The notes beneath the pieces are model-generated. The model worked only from the letters and a program-made list of their open reading frames with translations, was not told where the DNA came from and searched no databases. Both the position numbers and the translations under genes were made by a program. DNA of 58,523 nt, filler included, from Sluysia triapertura (Eukaryota): NCBI GenBank assembly GCA_046118255.1. It is 4 parts of 4 records of this genome, joined end to end, with 100 filler letters (N's around TTAATTAATTAA, not from the genome) between each part and the next. Parts side by side here need not be neighbours in the genome. Positions count along the whole stretch, not along the records: positions 37,825 to 58,523 come from JBJNIA010009986.1; 3 more parts are not named here. One strand, written 5' to 3'. Position 1 is the stretch's first letter, and the number at the start of each line of letters is the position of its first letter. This document shows positions 37,825-51,862 of this stretch, piece after piece.

Positions 37825-37971
37825 CACACACACGAACAATACAGATTCATTTACCATTCGTATTCTCATAAACTTATATCACATTAATCTCCTTTACAGA
37901 ATCTACATGCACGATATTGTAAATAATAATATTTTTAAGTAATAAATGTGTAAATAATATGGATTTTTAAT

Positions 37972-38170
37972 ACTTAGAATGATGAAATTGAATATGATAG
38001 CTATGAAAGAGAAGAATCTAGAAGTAAATTTGAAATGTCTGTAGAATGATTTGTGTGAGAATAAGAACCTTAAACATTTTTCATTAGAAAATTGAGTATG
38101 AAAAACTGAAAATCAATTAAATTCTGAAAACAAAAATTAAATTTATTATTTTTCTGTATGTTAACAATAC
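37972..38170 (+). repeat. Dispersed repeat family E (second copy at about 54393-54590)
   Basis: Shared TACTTAGAATGATG..AATTGAATATGA..GAATCT.GAAGT.AATTTGA..TGAGAATAAGAA.CTTAAACATT.TTCA..TGTATGTTAACA. Confidence 0.75.
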
Positions 38171-39036
38171 TAAGTAATTTAAGGTTGACAATATTATGAA
38201 ATTCAATTAAGATTATTAAAAATTTATTTACTTTATTAAAATTTAATTTTATCTTACAAAATTGAAAATTAAGTTTATATTTTGTTATTATCTTCATCAA
38301 ATACAATGTTTTCAGTTTATTCAAAAGGAACAACAATTTGTACACGGAAAACGATTTATTTATATTACTAAAACTAAAAATGTTAATGTTTGTAAAATTT
38401 AATTTTTGAATATGCCTCCTTCTGATAAAAAGATAAAATTAATTTATCATCATTATAATTATATTCAATGTTTACTTTAATGTTGTTAGGATGAAGTTCA
38501 TCTGATCGTAGAGCTGCGAATTGTTGGTAGTAGCTTTGATATCTTTTGTATATGAATATAATGTTGGAGAAAAATTATTAAGATCTACCAATAAGTCATC
38601 TATTCTGCTGTAGTTTGTCATGAAAACTGTTGGATCGATTCCAAGCTCTTTAAATTCATTGATTGAGTGAAATTACTTACATTTTGTAGCATATCTTGTG
38701 CACTTTTCATTCTGAATTGCCGTTTTGTAATGTATTTTAAAGTTTGTTGAACTATAACTAATTCTATGACGATAAACATGAACATTTTCTGCAACATTGA
38801 AATTGAAATTCATAACAATATCTTCGAAATCTAATACTCTGCTAGTAAACGGATGAACGAACATGTTATGCGCATTACTTGATTCGGAAAGGTTCACGTT
38901 TTCCTTTTGTTTTTGGCGAAGCGTTCGTGGTTTCGAGCATATTGCCAGCTACACCAGCATTGTGTAAACTTTTATCATGTTTTATGTACAATGAAACCAA
39001 TAAACATTATATTCACCAACTTTACGGAAATGTGTT

Positions 39037-42000
39037 TTGAGTAATTTAACAGTAAATGAGTCTTACAATAGAAAAAGAGCTACATATTGGTTTAAAAAAT
39101 TATCAAATTGTTTTATGGAAGAGGATAAAACTGAGTTAAACATTTCTATTAATGATGAAAAACTCATTTTTAATTTTAAAGATTGTTTTAAAAATATACC
39201 TTTACTCTTGGATTCACTCGAAGAAAATCAAACTCATATTATTATTCCTATGCTTAAGCTATTTAATCATGTTATATCAGACTTTGAATCAGGACGATTA
39301 TCTCATCATTGGATTTATATTTTGCTTATTCGTAGTTTTATGCATGATAGTATTATTATTAAAAAATGGAGTTTTTGCGAGTTTTTAAAATTAGGAAAAT
39401 TGTTAATTTTAGAACCACATAATAAATTCGTTAATTTATTTTCGCTTATGATTAATACAACGGTTTTGTATTGTTCAACCGATTCTATTAATGATAAAAC
39501 CGGTTTTTTTGTTACAAAATTAATGGTTACTTTTCTAAATGTAATTTTCCAACAATTAAATACGCCAAATTCAGATATTGTATTTCTTTTTTTACATCGA
39601 TTAACTGAAATTCAATGGAATTCACAAGCCTTATTATATTTTTCAGAATCATTTTATCAAATTGATATAAATATTCATTTGCCATTTTTTGTATTACAAC
39701 AACTATTACGAATTTGTCGAATTAATTTTGATACGTTACACATTATATATCGGCAATGTATAGTTTCGTTTTTCTTGGGAAGATTTTTACATCTTAACAA
39801 TATCAATGAAGATCATTTATTGAATTTTATCAATTTGATTGTATATGAAATTGATTTTTCTAATTCAATACTGACAGATAAGATATTATTATCACAAATA
39901 AAAAATCTATATCAAAATTGGACATATGAAATCGATTTTATGAAAGAAATTAATAATTTGAATATTAGTATTGATGACAATGATAGATTGGATAATGGTA
40001 CATTGACTCATGTGTATTTTTTAATGAATATGATAAGTTTAACTGGTTTTAAAATGATATTAAATTCAATAACTGTAATAGTTAATTCATATGGACCGTA
40101 TTCAAACAATTTAGAAGTTTTAAAATGGATTATAGTATTACACAAAATGAAAATTATTAAAAATAATCTATATGAAGAAGAGATTAATATTTGTATACGA
40201 AATTGTTTAAAAAATATATTTCAATGTTTATCAATTGAAATCGAATTAAATTACCAAAATAAACATCAGCAGCATATTGAGCGAGTTTTGAATAATTTGA
40301 AATATTTTCTAAGCCAATTTCCATCAGAATCGGTAAATATTTTTCGAAATTGTAAAAATTCAATATTAAAAGTATTGATTGTTAATTATGTAAATGAACA
40401 AGTATTAGAATCTAATGTAACTACGGATTATTGTTTAAATGAATTGAAACAGTTAAATTTTTATCAATTATGGGATTTAGAAATATTACTATTTCATGCT
40501 AAATTAATAAAATCTGGAAGATGCATTATAACGAATTTATTGAGACAATTTATTGATTTAGTAATTGATTGTTTAGATAAATCCAATTCAAATAGTTTGA
40601 TTAATCTATTTTATTATCTGAAGCAGTTTTACAAGTTATTGATAGTAGTAGTAGTAGTAATGATAATTTAATGAATTGTAAAATTTTATTAAAACGTACT
40701 TGGTCTAATGTGAAAGAAGAATTGAAAAATAATCAAAAATTTTGGTTGATTTTTGAGCAGTTTTTAAAAAGTATTTTTCTGAAAATCTTAATACTAATAT
40801 CATCATCAACTGAACAACAATTTAAAGATGATATTATTGAAATATCAAATGAGATATTTGTGTTAGGTGATAAAAAATTAGGCTTAGTTGGTTTATATGG
40901 TCAAATAATATTTGAATTTTTAATAGAAAATCAATTCGAATGTATTAATAGTAGCAGCGGATTTAAAAGAGAGTTTTTGTTAGAAACTATATCCTTAATA
41001 ACTATTTATAATTCATGTTTCCGTAATCGAAATACTTTGAAATACATTGCTAAAACTGGACGATATTTAGATGAAAAATATAATTGTACTGATCGTTGGA
41101 TGATGATGAAATTTGTTGAAACTTCTGAACGTGCTATTGGTATTTTATTAATTGCTCATAAAGAATTTAAACAATATATTGAACTAATAAGTATATTTTA
41201 TAAATTAGATAATAAATTAAATTCAAATACGAAAAAAATTAAAAGTTACAATAACAACAAAATTTATCGTGAAAGGAATCGTATTTTTACTAATTTATTG
41301 ATCGTAGTTTTTATTGGTTGTCAAAGAAATATGTTAACTGATTTTAATTTACAAGTTTGTTTTGATTGGATGATAAATATAATACAAAATGAAACGTTTA
41401 CATCATTACGTCATTGGGCAGAATGGATTTTATTGATTATAATAAAATTTGATTTGAAATTAAATAATAAATTAAATTTTTTGATAAATTTAATTGAAGA
41501 TCTTAAAGATTCTAAACCAGCTTATGTAAGTTCATTATTAATAATAATAAAACATACTTTCAAATTTATAAAATATGATGAAAGTAAATTAAAGCGTTTA
41601 TTTTATTTAATATTGCCATTAATTTCGGCGCAAAATTATAATATTCGTTTATATTCGTGCTGCTTTTTAATCGAACTGTCCAAATTAATCAATTGTTCAA
41701 CAATAGAACAAATAATGTCTAATTATGAATCATTTTTAAATCGTTCTGTTACCAAACGTAATGTTCTGAAATTATCGAATAATTTCTGGTGGACTGATTT
41801 CGAATATCAATTAGATTTTAACTTGGAAATGATTTATGATTATGTGCAAAATTATTTTGATATTGTTTCAGAGGAATTAATTTGCTGCAAACATTTCGAA
41901 AATAAGTTAAATAGTGGATTTTTGCTAAATAAAATCGATGATTTTCTTGTATCATTTCGAGCAGATTCGAGTAGGTTAAACTTGATGCATGACAAAGTTT

Positions 42001-43126
42001 GGAGAGTTAAATTTGAAATAGATTTTGAAGATGATAATAATAATAATAATAGTGATGTAAATAATGATTTTCAAAAGAAAATCCAGCCATGGCTAATAAA
42101 ACGTCCAGATGAATATGAAATTGAAGAATTAATTAATTCTATTAATAACAAACATATAGAAAATAATCAAAATAATAATTTGAATTTGATATTAGTGTGT
42201 TCGTTATTATCAAAAGCAACTAATATTGGTGGTTTAATGAGGTCTAGTAATGCTTTTGGTGTTCGACAAATTGTAGTGGATAATTTATTGATTTTACAAG
42301 ATAATAATTTCAAGCAATTGTCAGTAACGGCAGAAAAATGGATGAATATTATTGAAGTTCGTCATTATGATTTGGAGAATTATTTGAAAGATATGAAATT
42401 GAATGGTTATCAAATTGTTGGTATTGAACAAACGGGCCAAAGTGTTTCCTTGGAATCGGTTACTTTCCAGAAAAATTCTGTTTTTGTATTAGGGTTAGTG
42501 AAATTTTTTATTTTATACGATTTAGTAATTGCAAAGTGTGTAACGGCACAACTTGATAGGCGTGTTGAATGTTTATTATATTTTATCCTAATAATAAAAT
42601 TACTCAACAGTTTGCGTAACAAAATTTTCAATACATTGGAAAAAATGCAACACATTTGAAAAGATAAAATGTAAATATTAAAAGCTATGAAGAAGCCACC
42701 GCATTTTGTAATGTTAACGGTGATACAAAGGGACTAGTAACCTTTAATCATTACAAACTATTTCTGGAATAATTGAAATTGAATCAGAAAATCATATTAA
42801 GAAACTACAAGAAAACCCAAAAAGTTACAAAGACATAATTAAAAATTTAAATTTTTTTATTTGAATACCAGGTTGTAATAGGTTTTATATTTTAAATAAA
42901 ATCAATTTCTTAATATTTTAATCATAAATAATTTAATCAAATCATTTATTTTAGTAATGAACGAGAAGGTATACCAGTTCATTTGATTAATCAATTGGAT
43001 GTTTGTATAGAAATTCCACAAATTGGTCAAATTCGATCTCTTAATGTACATGTTTCAGGTGCAATTCTTATGTGGGAGTATATGAAACAAATGTATTTTG
43101 ACACAAGAGCAAATAATAACATTTAG
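39037..43126 (+). CDS. TARBP1: TARBP1/Trm3 tRNA (guanosine-18) 2'-O-methyltransferase; 5'-incomplete; one frame break at 40605-40671; intron 42494-42954; last exon 42955-43126
   Basis: Long helical N-terminal region starting with RKRATY, then DFQKKIQPW. The SpoU domain reads [46 protein letters not shown]|[36 protein letters not shown], and the GT-AG intron restores LGNE in frame. Confidence 0.92.
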
Positions 43127-43503
43127 TATTTTATTATTAATACCTTCCAGTTTTTTGGATTTGTTTTTGAAGTTTATTTGAATAAATTTATCTTGGTTTT
43201 AATATTTTTGATACATTTTTCACATTTAAAAGCGTTGATGTTAAGTAATAACCAGTAATTTTTAATTAAAAATCGGAATTCTAAAATATGCAATAATTTT
43301 TTTGAATTGTTTAAATATGTATTGTTTAGGTGACTAAAAATAGTAATACGTTTCACATATTTGCACGACAAATTTTAAAACTTAATTGCAATATTAAAAT
43401 TTTAATAATTTTTTTAGTAATAATAGTTTTCATAAATTTTTGTTAATTTAATATTTTTGGTAGTATTAAAAATTTTAAAAGTAATTAATTCAATTTCGAA
43501 AAC

Positions 43504-43900
43504 ATGGCAACAACTAAAATAAATGAAGAAATTCAGAGTTTTGAACTGAACATGAAAGAAATGCAAAAATGCATTGAAAATCATAAAATACTGTTAAGTC
43601 AGTTTAGTGAGAATGAAAATGTTCTACAAGAGCTAAATCTTCTTAATAACAACAATACAATTTATAAATTAATTGGTCCAGTTTTAGTCAAGCAAGATTT
43701 AGATGATGCCAAGAATACAGTTAAAAGTCGCTTGGAGTATATAAATACTGAGAAGTAATTTCATTTAAATATTATTTAAAATTTTTAGAAAAAATTTGGA
43801 AGATAAAATTAAATTGTTAAAAGAAAAGGAAGTGCAAATTAGACTCAATTTAAGTAAGTATCAGACGGAAATGTCTCAAACGCAAATTAAAGCATCGTGA
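43504..43900 (+). CDS. PFDN6: Prefoldin subunit 6 (beta type); exons 43504-43754 and 43789-43900
   Basis: SQFSENENVLQEL..IYKLIGPVLVKQDLDDAKNTVKSRLEYI. A 34-nt GT-AG intron gives the in-frame end KKNLEDKIKLLKEKEVQIR..IKAS*. Confidence 0.95.
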
Positions 43901-46900
43901 ATTGTTTTTAATATAATTTGAGGTTTAATTTTTTCTTGTTCAGAAGTATTTTAAATAATATGTCTTAATTTTAATCGTTTTGATGCAATTAATTTTAAGA
44001 CTGCTGCGTACTTCATAATCAGATTGTAGTTGAATGAGTATTATTTTGTACTTTGAGTTTATTGTCCTGAAAATTATTATAAACATCAAAAATTAAATTC
44101 CAAGCTATGCTTATTTAAAAACATTAATCCATCTCATAATATTTTAATGTGTACTAATTAGAATATTTTCAAAAATGTAAAAGTTTTCAAGAACCTAAGT
44201 TTTTCTTTAATTTAACTTAAACCAGCAGAGCCAAATTTTTTATTAGATAAACAATTTGTCGATTTAATAACTTACTAGGTATATTTCACTAAGACACGAA
44301 AAAAATTTACAAGTCTATCATTTAGATTTTTTAGAATGTAAAAAAATATTTTATTTTTATATCGACGCTCTCCCGGCTTTATCCGGCGTTGATCAGATCA
44401 AAGTTAACGGTTTCAAAGAATTAAAAGTAAATATTTGATAAAGTTTAGAATTGCATTAGGTTCACGAATAATCTTAATAATTATTAAAAAGCACAGTCTA
44501 CGTTTAAAGTTTGATAAACTTATTCTAATTTATTTATAAGCGACAAATTTTATTAGATAATAAAACAATACATAAGTTGAGCTTTCACCGTCAAGAATTG
44601 AATAAGGAATGTGTCTTCGTAAAGAAATTCAATTTCCGTTTTTTTCGGCGATATGTTAATTCGCAAAAGCCAATTTTAAACTTAGATGGATTTGCTGTGA
44701 TTTTTCTTAATACTAAACCTATGGCAAAATAAAATTGGGCAGGGTCCAGCGTCTTACAACTATTAGTTGGCACATCTGTAACTTATAAGTGAAAAATCTT
44801 ACTTAACTTGCTTAAAAATGTTAAGAGGGTCTTAAAATATCACAATGAATAAAAACTCAGTTAAATCCGTGAAATTTATTAAATTAATTATACAAATGTT
44901 ATTACAAATGAACTAGAATAAAAAATAAAAGTGAAACGTAATAGGAAAATATGTATGTTACGATCTAAATCCTCTTGGGATATTCGATCAAATGGTAGTG
45001 TAAAGGATAATTTTATGTTTTTATGTGTAAATTTTGTTATATGTTTTATCCTTAAAATTAATATTATTATAAAATTTTTAATAATTAAATAAAGTTTTTA
45101 AAATGAATTTAAATAAAATTTCTAATTTTAATAACAAAATTAAAAATAATAATTAATAATTTTAAAGTATCAAAAAATTCATTTGTTTAAATACTGGAAA
45201 ATTCTTGAAAATATTTTTGTTTATATCTATCAGAAGCCATATTGCAAAAATATTTCTATAAATAGGTAAGCTTTATATAAAATTTTCACAACGAATTTTT
45301 AGATAGCAGATAGTCAAATTTTGGATTTTAGATTTAGAATCGAAGATTTTAGGAAAAAAGATTTAAAAATTTAGAGACGAAGACCTTAAGAAAAAATATC
45401 ATTTGAAGAATCGACTTATTCAATTTCCATGTTACAAAAGTAATTTTTTATCATATAAGTTACTGTATCACCTTAAACAGGGATACCTAAATTTTAACTT
45501 AAATTAAAAGTAATTATTTTTATCAATACCTTAATAAAGGATTGAGAAATTTTTATCTAAAATTTACTTTACTATTAACATAGGGTTAAATTGTTAATTT
45601 TCTTATTATTATTATACAAATTTATTTTTTGTACGCGTTTAGTTTTCTTTTTATATAATAAACCTTTAGAGGTTTTGACGAATTTTGTTTTTAAAACTTG
45701 AGTAAATTGTACAATTAGACAAAGCCTTAAAATTATTTTATTTAACAACACCTTAATCCAGAGAAGGGTTGTGTAAAATCCTAAAATAACATTTTTTATA
45801 CAACATCTCATTAAGGGAGTTGTGTAATCTATTTTTATCCAACAACACCTTAATAAAAGGGTTGTGAAACCTAATTAAAATATAACGACTCAGATAGTCG
45901 AGTTAAGTTTTATCTAATTGTATTTAAATTTCGATTTAGTGTGAGTTAAACATTAAATATATAATTTAAGTGTAGTAATTCGAACTAGTTAATTAGACTT
46001 CAAGTTAAGTTTTAATATTTTCAAAACCTAAAACTACGTCTCCAAGTTTTGTGTAAAACGTATATATTAGGCGAACTAGCAATTTTGTTATTCAATATTT
46101 CGTTATGACAAGGTTAAATATACTTGTTTAATTTATATAATCTTTTTCATTAATTTAATGTAAGAACATAACATATTGTACAATTTCCGAGGAACTCCAC
46201 ATTTTGACTTTCTCATTTGATTAAAACTATTTGTTTAATTTCTTTTAATTAATATTCAACCATTCTGTTGCATTATTTGAATAAGTATTATATTAAAAGC
46301 AGCATATTTTTGTTGCGACTAAAACTATTTAAGAAAATAATTTGTTTTGAACTTAGGGATTTCTGTTGAATGATCAGTTCTGCCTCAAACCGATACACCG
46401 CTGATAATTGTAAAAATGTAGTTTCATTCATTGGTGATTATAAAACCTTCATACTGTTTCATAGTCAATTTTTTTTAAATTTAATTCAGTATAAAAATTA
46501 GATGAAATATATTTGAATTATATGATTTTTAAGTTGTTTATATCTTGAACAATTCTAATTTCTAGGTTGTATAAAGTCTATATAGTTCAAAGTCAGTTAA
46601 TATTTCAAAATTGAATTTACATTTTTGAAATATTAATATTTCAGTCTATAACAAAATTTTCTTTTATGATTTTTAATTGGTTTTGAATATACATTTTGTA
46701 TGATTAGTGTTTTTGAATATTTTGTTTCAAGTATAATTACTAATAATAAAGGCTCGGTAATAAAACCACGGAAGTGTTTAATTACTGAAAAATGCGATAT
46801 AATCTTTTACAGTGAAGTATTTTAATATAATTTATATTTTTATTTTAGGAAGATATTATTTTACCAAAATATTGTAAATTAATCGATAGTAATTGTATAA

Positions 46901-48747
46901 ATTGTTTTTAATATATTTCTAGAAAGCAACAGATTTTATAATGTCAAAATAGAAAGAGAATTTGTTTTTAGTTCTTTGTCATCATTTGAAATAGTTAATA
47001 ATTTAAAGAAGGAATTGATAGTTGATTCTGAATTTCCGCATAACTTATGGCAATTATGTACTCTAAATTTAAATGAATATTTAAATAGGTTTCTATATTT
47101 ATCTATTTATTTTATCTTAGAAAAGATATTGAAATGCACCATTTCAATATATGTGGAAATATTATTACCTATTATGAGAGTGTTTATGAACGTATACAGA
47201 AAATATATTTTCTAAAATATCAAGATTCATCAAGTATTTCATTTATTAATGTTTTATGAATTTAGTTCTCAATAGTCGTAAGTTATCAACCAATATATTA
47301 ATTTTTGAATTTTTACGCGTTAAACCAAAAGTAATTTTTTTTCATTTAATTGAGATATTTAGAAAATAGTTAAATTAGTCGCAGGTTTCAAAGGTACAGC
47401 TGCAGCTGATTTATTATTTATATTTTACAATTATTCAAGAATTTGTTCACTTATTAAATCGTTTGATTCCAAATTAATAGTGAAAGAAATTAATACTTGC
47501 TATGAAATGATTTCTGATGTAATATATTTATTAAGAAAATATTTTTTAGGAAGTGTGGAGTATTATTTGGAATGATATTGATGATTTTCCTTTGGTTCTT
47601 CAATCGCTGATTTACGAAAACAATATTTTTTCCTTAAATAAAGTATGTTGTCTTTAAAAATGTTTCAAAGTAATTATGTAGATTTGTTATTATCTTATTC
47701 GAATTAGCCATTCATTCAGTAAATTTTACAATCACAAGAAGTTTATATATGTAAGTATTATTTTATCTACTTTTGAGAAAATTTTTTTTTCATATTTGTC
47801 TTTGTGAGATCATGCATATTTTAAAATTTGTTTTTCCAATAGCTTTTGAATTAAAACATACTACAAAGTACATATTTGTAGATCAATAAATATTTGAATG
47901 AATAAATTTAGTAGCACTAACCACATTTATTTTAAGTTATATTGACTTTATTGCATTTCAGTATCATTAACATTTTAATATTCATAACTATTGGTATTAA
48001 CGTTGACAATTACAATTTTCAATAATAAAATAACAATTGAAAGTGCTTTCTTTAAAAGTTTTAACGTTTATTTTTGTCTTACGCTTACAAAATATCTGGG
48101 ACCATTCACCTAATAAAAATGATTAAGTGTCACAAAAGAAAGTTGCTCATAAGCAGAAATGCTTGTCTCGAGCGTAGCTGCACCCTATATATACCTATGC
48201 AACAGTGTTTTATAATCCTCATTTACTGAGTCTTTTGGCAGTAGTATAATGAAAATTTTATATTTATTATAGAAATTGTTTGCTGTTAACTTCATTAAAT
48301 ACTTTAAAATACTTTCTTGATTAAAAAATGGTGCTTAAAAGGCACTTAAACTTACGATGATATTTAAAACTGAAAATACATTCATAAAAATTTATTCTAC
48401 ACGTATTAAAATTTATATGGTTTGATCTCGTAATTACAATGTCTAGTGGCGGACCCTGCAGCAACACAACCAAGTCTCGTCGAGATTTTAAACTAAATAA
48501 CATAAATATTGTAATTAAAGTTATAATATAATACTAAAATACGCACGACTATCATCCGGAATCCATGGTCTTCGAAATCGACCGCGATGACAAAAAACAA
48601 CTCGCTCTTGGTTCAGCATTTCGAAAGTTTTCAAAATATTGGCTCCTGAAGGAGAATACTGGATATTGGTCGAGGCTGTAGGCGATGATACGATGCTTAT
48701 TTTGAGATCGATTTCGTGCCAAGGCCTCTGGGCCTTGGTGCATCAGA

Positions 48748-48996
48748 TTATGTAGTCACTTCTTTAAGTTCATCATCATTTTCCAAATTTGAAGCTTTTG
48801 TAGAATAATCTAAAACTACATCAAAATCATCGGTACAATCTAGTCTGTCCTGGCCAAAACTGCGTTTTAAATGTACACCGTAAAAATATTCATATGCACA
48901 TTGAACTATATTTTTAGATTCTTTTTGCACTACTGAGACTGTAAATTTTTGAAAGAATTCAGCTAGTCCTTCCGGTACTTGGATTTTTGAAGTTAT
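48748..48996 (-). pseudogene. PKA type II regulatory subunit-like dimerisation/docking (RIIa) domain fragment
   Basis: IQVPEGLAEFFQKFTVSVVQKESKNIVQCAYEYF matches the RIIa pattern [34 protein letters not shown]. ATA stands at the expected start position, there is a stop after the acidic linker, and no cAMP-binding domains are seen. Confidence 0.7.
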
Positions 48997-49469
48997 TTGG
49001 TTTGAAAATTTACTCAGATTGGTAACATGTATTAAATTGCAAAGCTTAAAATAATAGATTATCATATAACCTCTAGACTACAATTAGGATTGACTATCCA
49101 TAAATAACATTAACTTTTGCAGTATTTTGGGAAAATTCATGATTCAACATAAATGATATTCAAGTATTTTAGAATTGTAATTTTGTTTTAATGAGTCTTA
49201 TTTTGTGATTTAAATGGTGCATCACTCTCACTTACATTAAAAGATTTATTGATATGTCTTGCTATCATGAATTTCTAGGTAATTCCGATTTACATAAAAA
49301 ACCTATCTTTATGTGTACATGTTATAAACCCTAAACAGTAGCATTGTTTATGTAAGAGTTTTCAAATACCACGAAATCTTGTTACTACCCACATATTTAT
49401 GAATAGTTTATGTATGTGTATTCATACTTTTTTAATTTGTTCAAAATTTTTTATTACTCTTTAAGTTTC

Positions 49470-49590
49470 TTGTTGCATCCGCTTTATTTATTTCAACTAG
49501 GAATGGATATCCCGTTTACAAATCTATGGCACTTAAAAATATATAATTTGTACCGAATGGTCCATTGAGTCTGTTGAAAATGCTTCATTT
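49470..49590 (-). mobile_element. Retroviral-type integrase core remnant
   Basis: FSTD/LNGPFGTNYIFLSAIDL*TGYPFLVEIIK (one frameshift, one stop) fits the D..GP..Y..ID..T.Y integrase pattern. Confidence 0.5.
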
Positions 49591-51279
49591 ATTTTGCTCA
49601 GGTTCAATAGTTTTTTTTATGTATAGTGACTTTTTTGTGTGGTGTCAGAATCAAAAATTTATCTTTAGCTTTATTAGTTATGAATGATCGGAGGTTTTAG
49701 TGGATTTTCAGTAATAGGTATGTACATTTTTGCAGACAGTCGAAAATTATGAACATTTATGTGATTGTTAATTAAGAACGAAATTGACGGAATGGAGAAT
49801 GGACAATCAGTTAGAACAGTCCAAACAAAAATCAAACAAATTATTTGACTATTTAATGCTTTATTATTTAGAATAAAAGTAAAATAATTTATTTTTGTGT
49901 GACAAATTTTATGAAAAAGCACTTCTTTACTCTTTATAGCCTTAAGGGAAGTTAAACTAATTGGGCACTAATTTATGAAAATAAAATAAACAATTAATTC
50001 AAAAAACAAACAACAAATACGTTTAAAAAAGGACAAGGTCTCATAAACTTATGAATATTAAGCGATACTGTTTCACACTTCCAAATAACATGAAAAATTT
50101 CAAGCGAAACGTATTGACGATTGAACAAAAATTGTTATTGAAATGACACGCATTTATGTGAAACCTCATATCATGATTAAGGTGAAATGACGACCCAAGG
50201 GATTTATTTAAAAGTGTTCAGTATTTTGTTTTATTCTAGCTAACAATTATAATTATCTTACTGGGTTCGCCTATAATCTAAGATTTATATCGCGGAAGAC
50301 TTAGTTATAGGAATGTCGGTCAACATATTCTACGAAAAGAAAATCTTATTCTTGATGCCCAATTCACTAGTTCAAGTTTAATAATTGCTAGAGGGTCTAT
50401 CAATCTATTAGTACAAAATATTTTGCTTAGTTACTAATTACTGTCTTAATCCAAATTAATGAAAACTCAATTAACTCTCCAATATATGTATTATAGAAAA
50501 CAAGTAAAAATTAAGTACAAAATTAAATATAAACAATATATAATAATATAAATACCAGGATTTCTCCAAGGTTTAATAAAAGCAAAATTTAGATCAGATT
50601 TTGACCCAGGCGAATGCTTGGGTTCAGAAAATTAATTGATTTTGAGTGGGATTTTGATACAAATATTATTGTATGAAAACTTAATAGAAAAGCTTACTAA
50701 TTTTGGGACATTACAATCAGAAAGATCCGTTAAATTGATATAATTTTAATTTCAAGGATTCCAAATAACTTCGATAAGTTTATCTCCGATGACCAATATA
50801 ATTCTTCAACAGGTTTAACTCCGATTTGTAATTTTCCAACTCGCGTAACTCCTTTAAAAAATGTTGCTTAGATTTACAAAATATTTATTTTCTCTTGTGT
50901 GTTTTGTTTTTTAATGTGACTCTATTTATATTAAATCTTTTCTTTCATTTACGCCATAGAATACGTAGAATATGATAAAAATGTGTCAATTAGCCTATTA
51001 ATTGACATATTAATTTTTTTAATTTATACCGAAGTTACTTGTTTAATTTTAATATTTTGATATTATTTTGATAAAAATTAATTGAATTATTTATTTGATT
51101 TGTGCCGAAAATTTGTACATTTTTACTTTTTGATTAAACAATTAATTGATAAAAATTAATCTTTTTAATTAAACAATTAATTTTTTGTATTAATAAATTT
51201 GTACTTTTAATTGATCAATATTTTCTAAATTATTTTAACATTTACGACACAAAATTTTAATATTTACATAGTCATATCT

Positions 51280-51402
51280 TTAATCTTTTTGATTGCAAAA
51301 ACCCAACGGCTAGTCCTAACTGGTAAGCCTAGTACGTTGGTGGACTCACGTTAAAATCCTATTTTATTCTAAGAATCTTATTTCACAATATATTCTCTCA
51401 CA
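51280..51402 (+). repeat. LTR family B copy (3' end), opposite orientation to 17066 and 33176
   Basis: CCCAACGGCTAGTCCTAACTGGTAAGCCTAGTACGTTGGTGGACTCAC, ending ..CTCACA. Confidence 0.75.
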
Positions 51403-51862
51403 AAATAACATTAAATTAAATCAAATCAAGTACATTAAATTTTTATTCGAATTTTAAACGTTTAACTTTAATTACGAACTTTTATTAATTTTCTTTAAAA
51501 ATTTCAAACCTTTACTAATCATTTTATTTGTAGTGTCTCTTTTTATAGTAAATCCTTTTAACTCGTGTCATTAAATACTGGAATGTGAATTTTTACAATT
51601 TTGAATTTGTAAATTCATTCACTGAAAGAATCAAAGACTTAGTTTAAAGTTTATTAATACCAAATGATGTAATATGCATCGCTTTGATTAATAAATATTA
51701 TAAATATATGGCCGCAAGTAATTTTATAATTTAGTAACAGTATTAAAATTAATTTTATTTTACTATATTTATTTGATTTATATATTTATAATTTTATATA
51801 TTTACACACTCGATATTCAACTTAAAAAATCGTTTCGATAATGGTTCCAAATTTAATTGTAC

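Noticed and set aside
39152-42655. Overlapping ORFs 39152-39388 (+) and 42410-42655 (-), and the tail of ORF 40671-42659 after 42493
   Set aside because: Shadow frames of TARBP1 and read-through into its intron.
44360-44410. Weak resemblance to the U2 snRNA 5' end (..AGATCAAAGT)
   Set aside because: The branch-pairing GTGTAGTA and the Sm site are absent. It is more likely a GC-rich transposon end before TTAA.
45465-45875. CRISPR-like repeat-spacer array
   Set aside because: The repeats are too degenerate and irregularly spaced, the context is eukaryotic, and there are no cas genes.
46976-47700. ORF 46976-47215 and the downstream LVAGFKGTAAADLLL segment
   Set aside because: Possibly a decayed gene, but no family is recognisable and there is no consistent frame.
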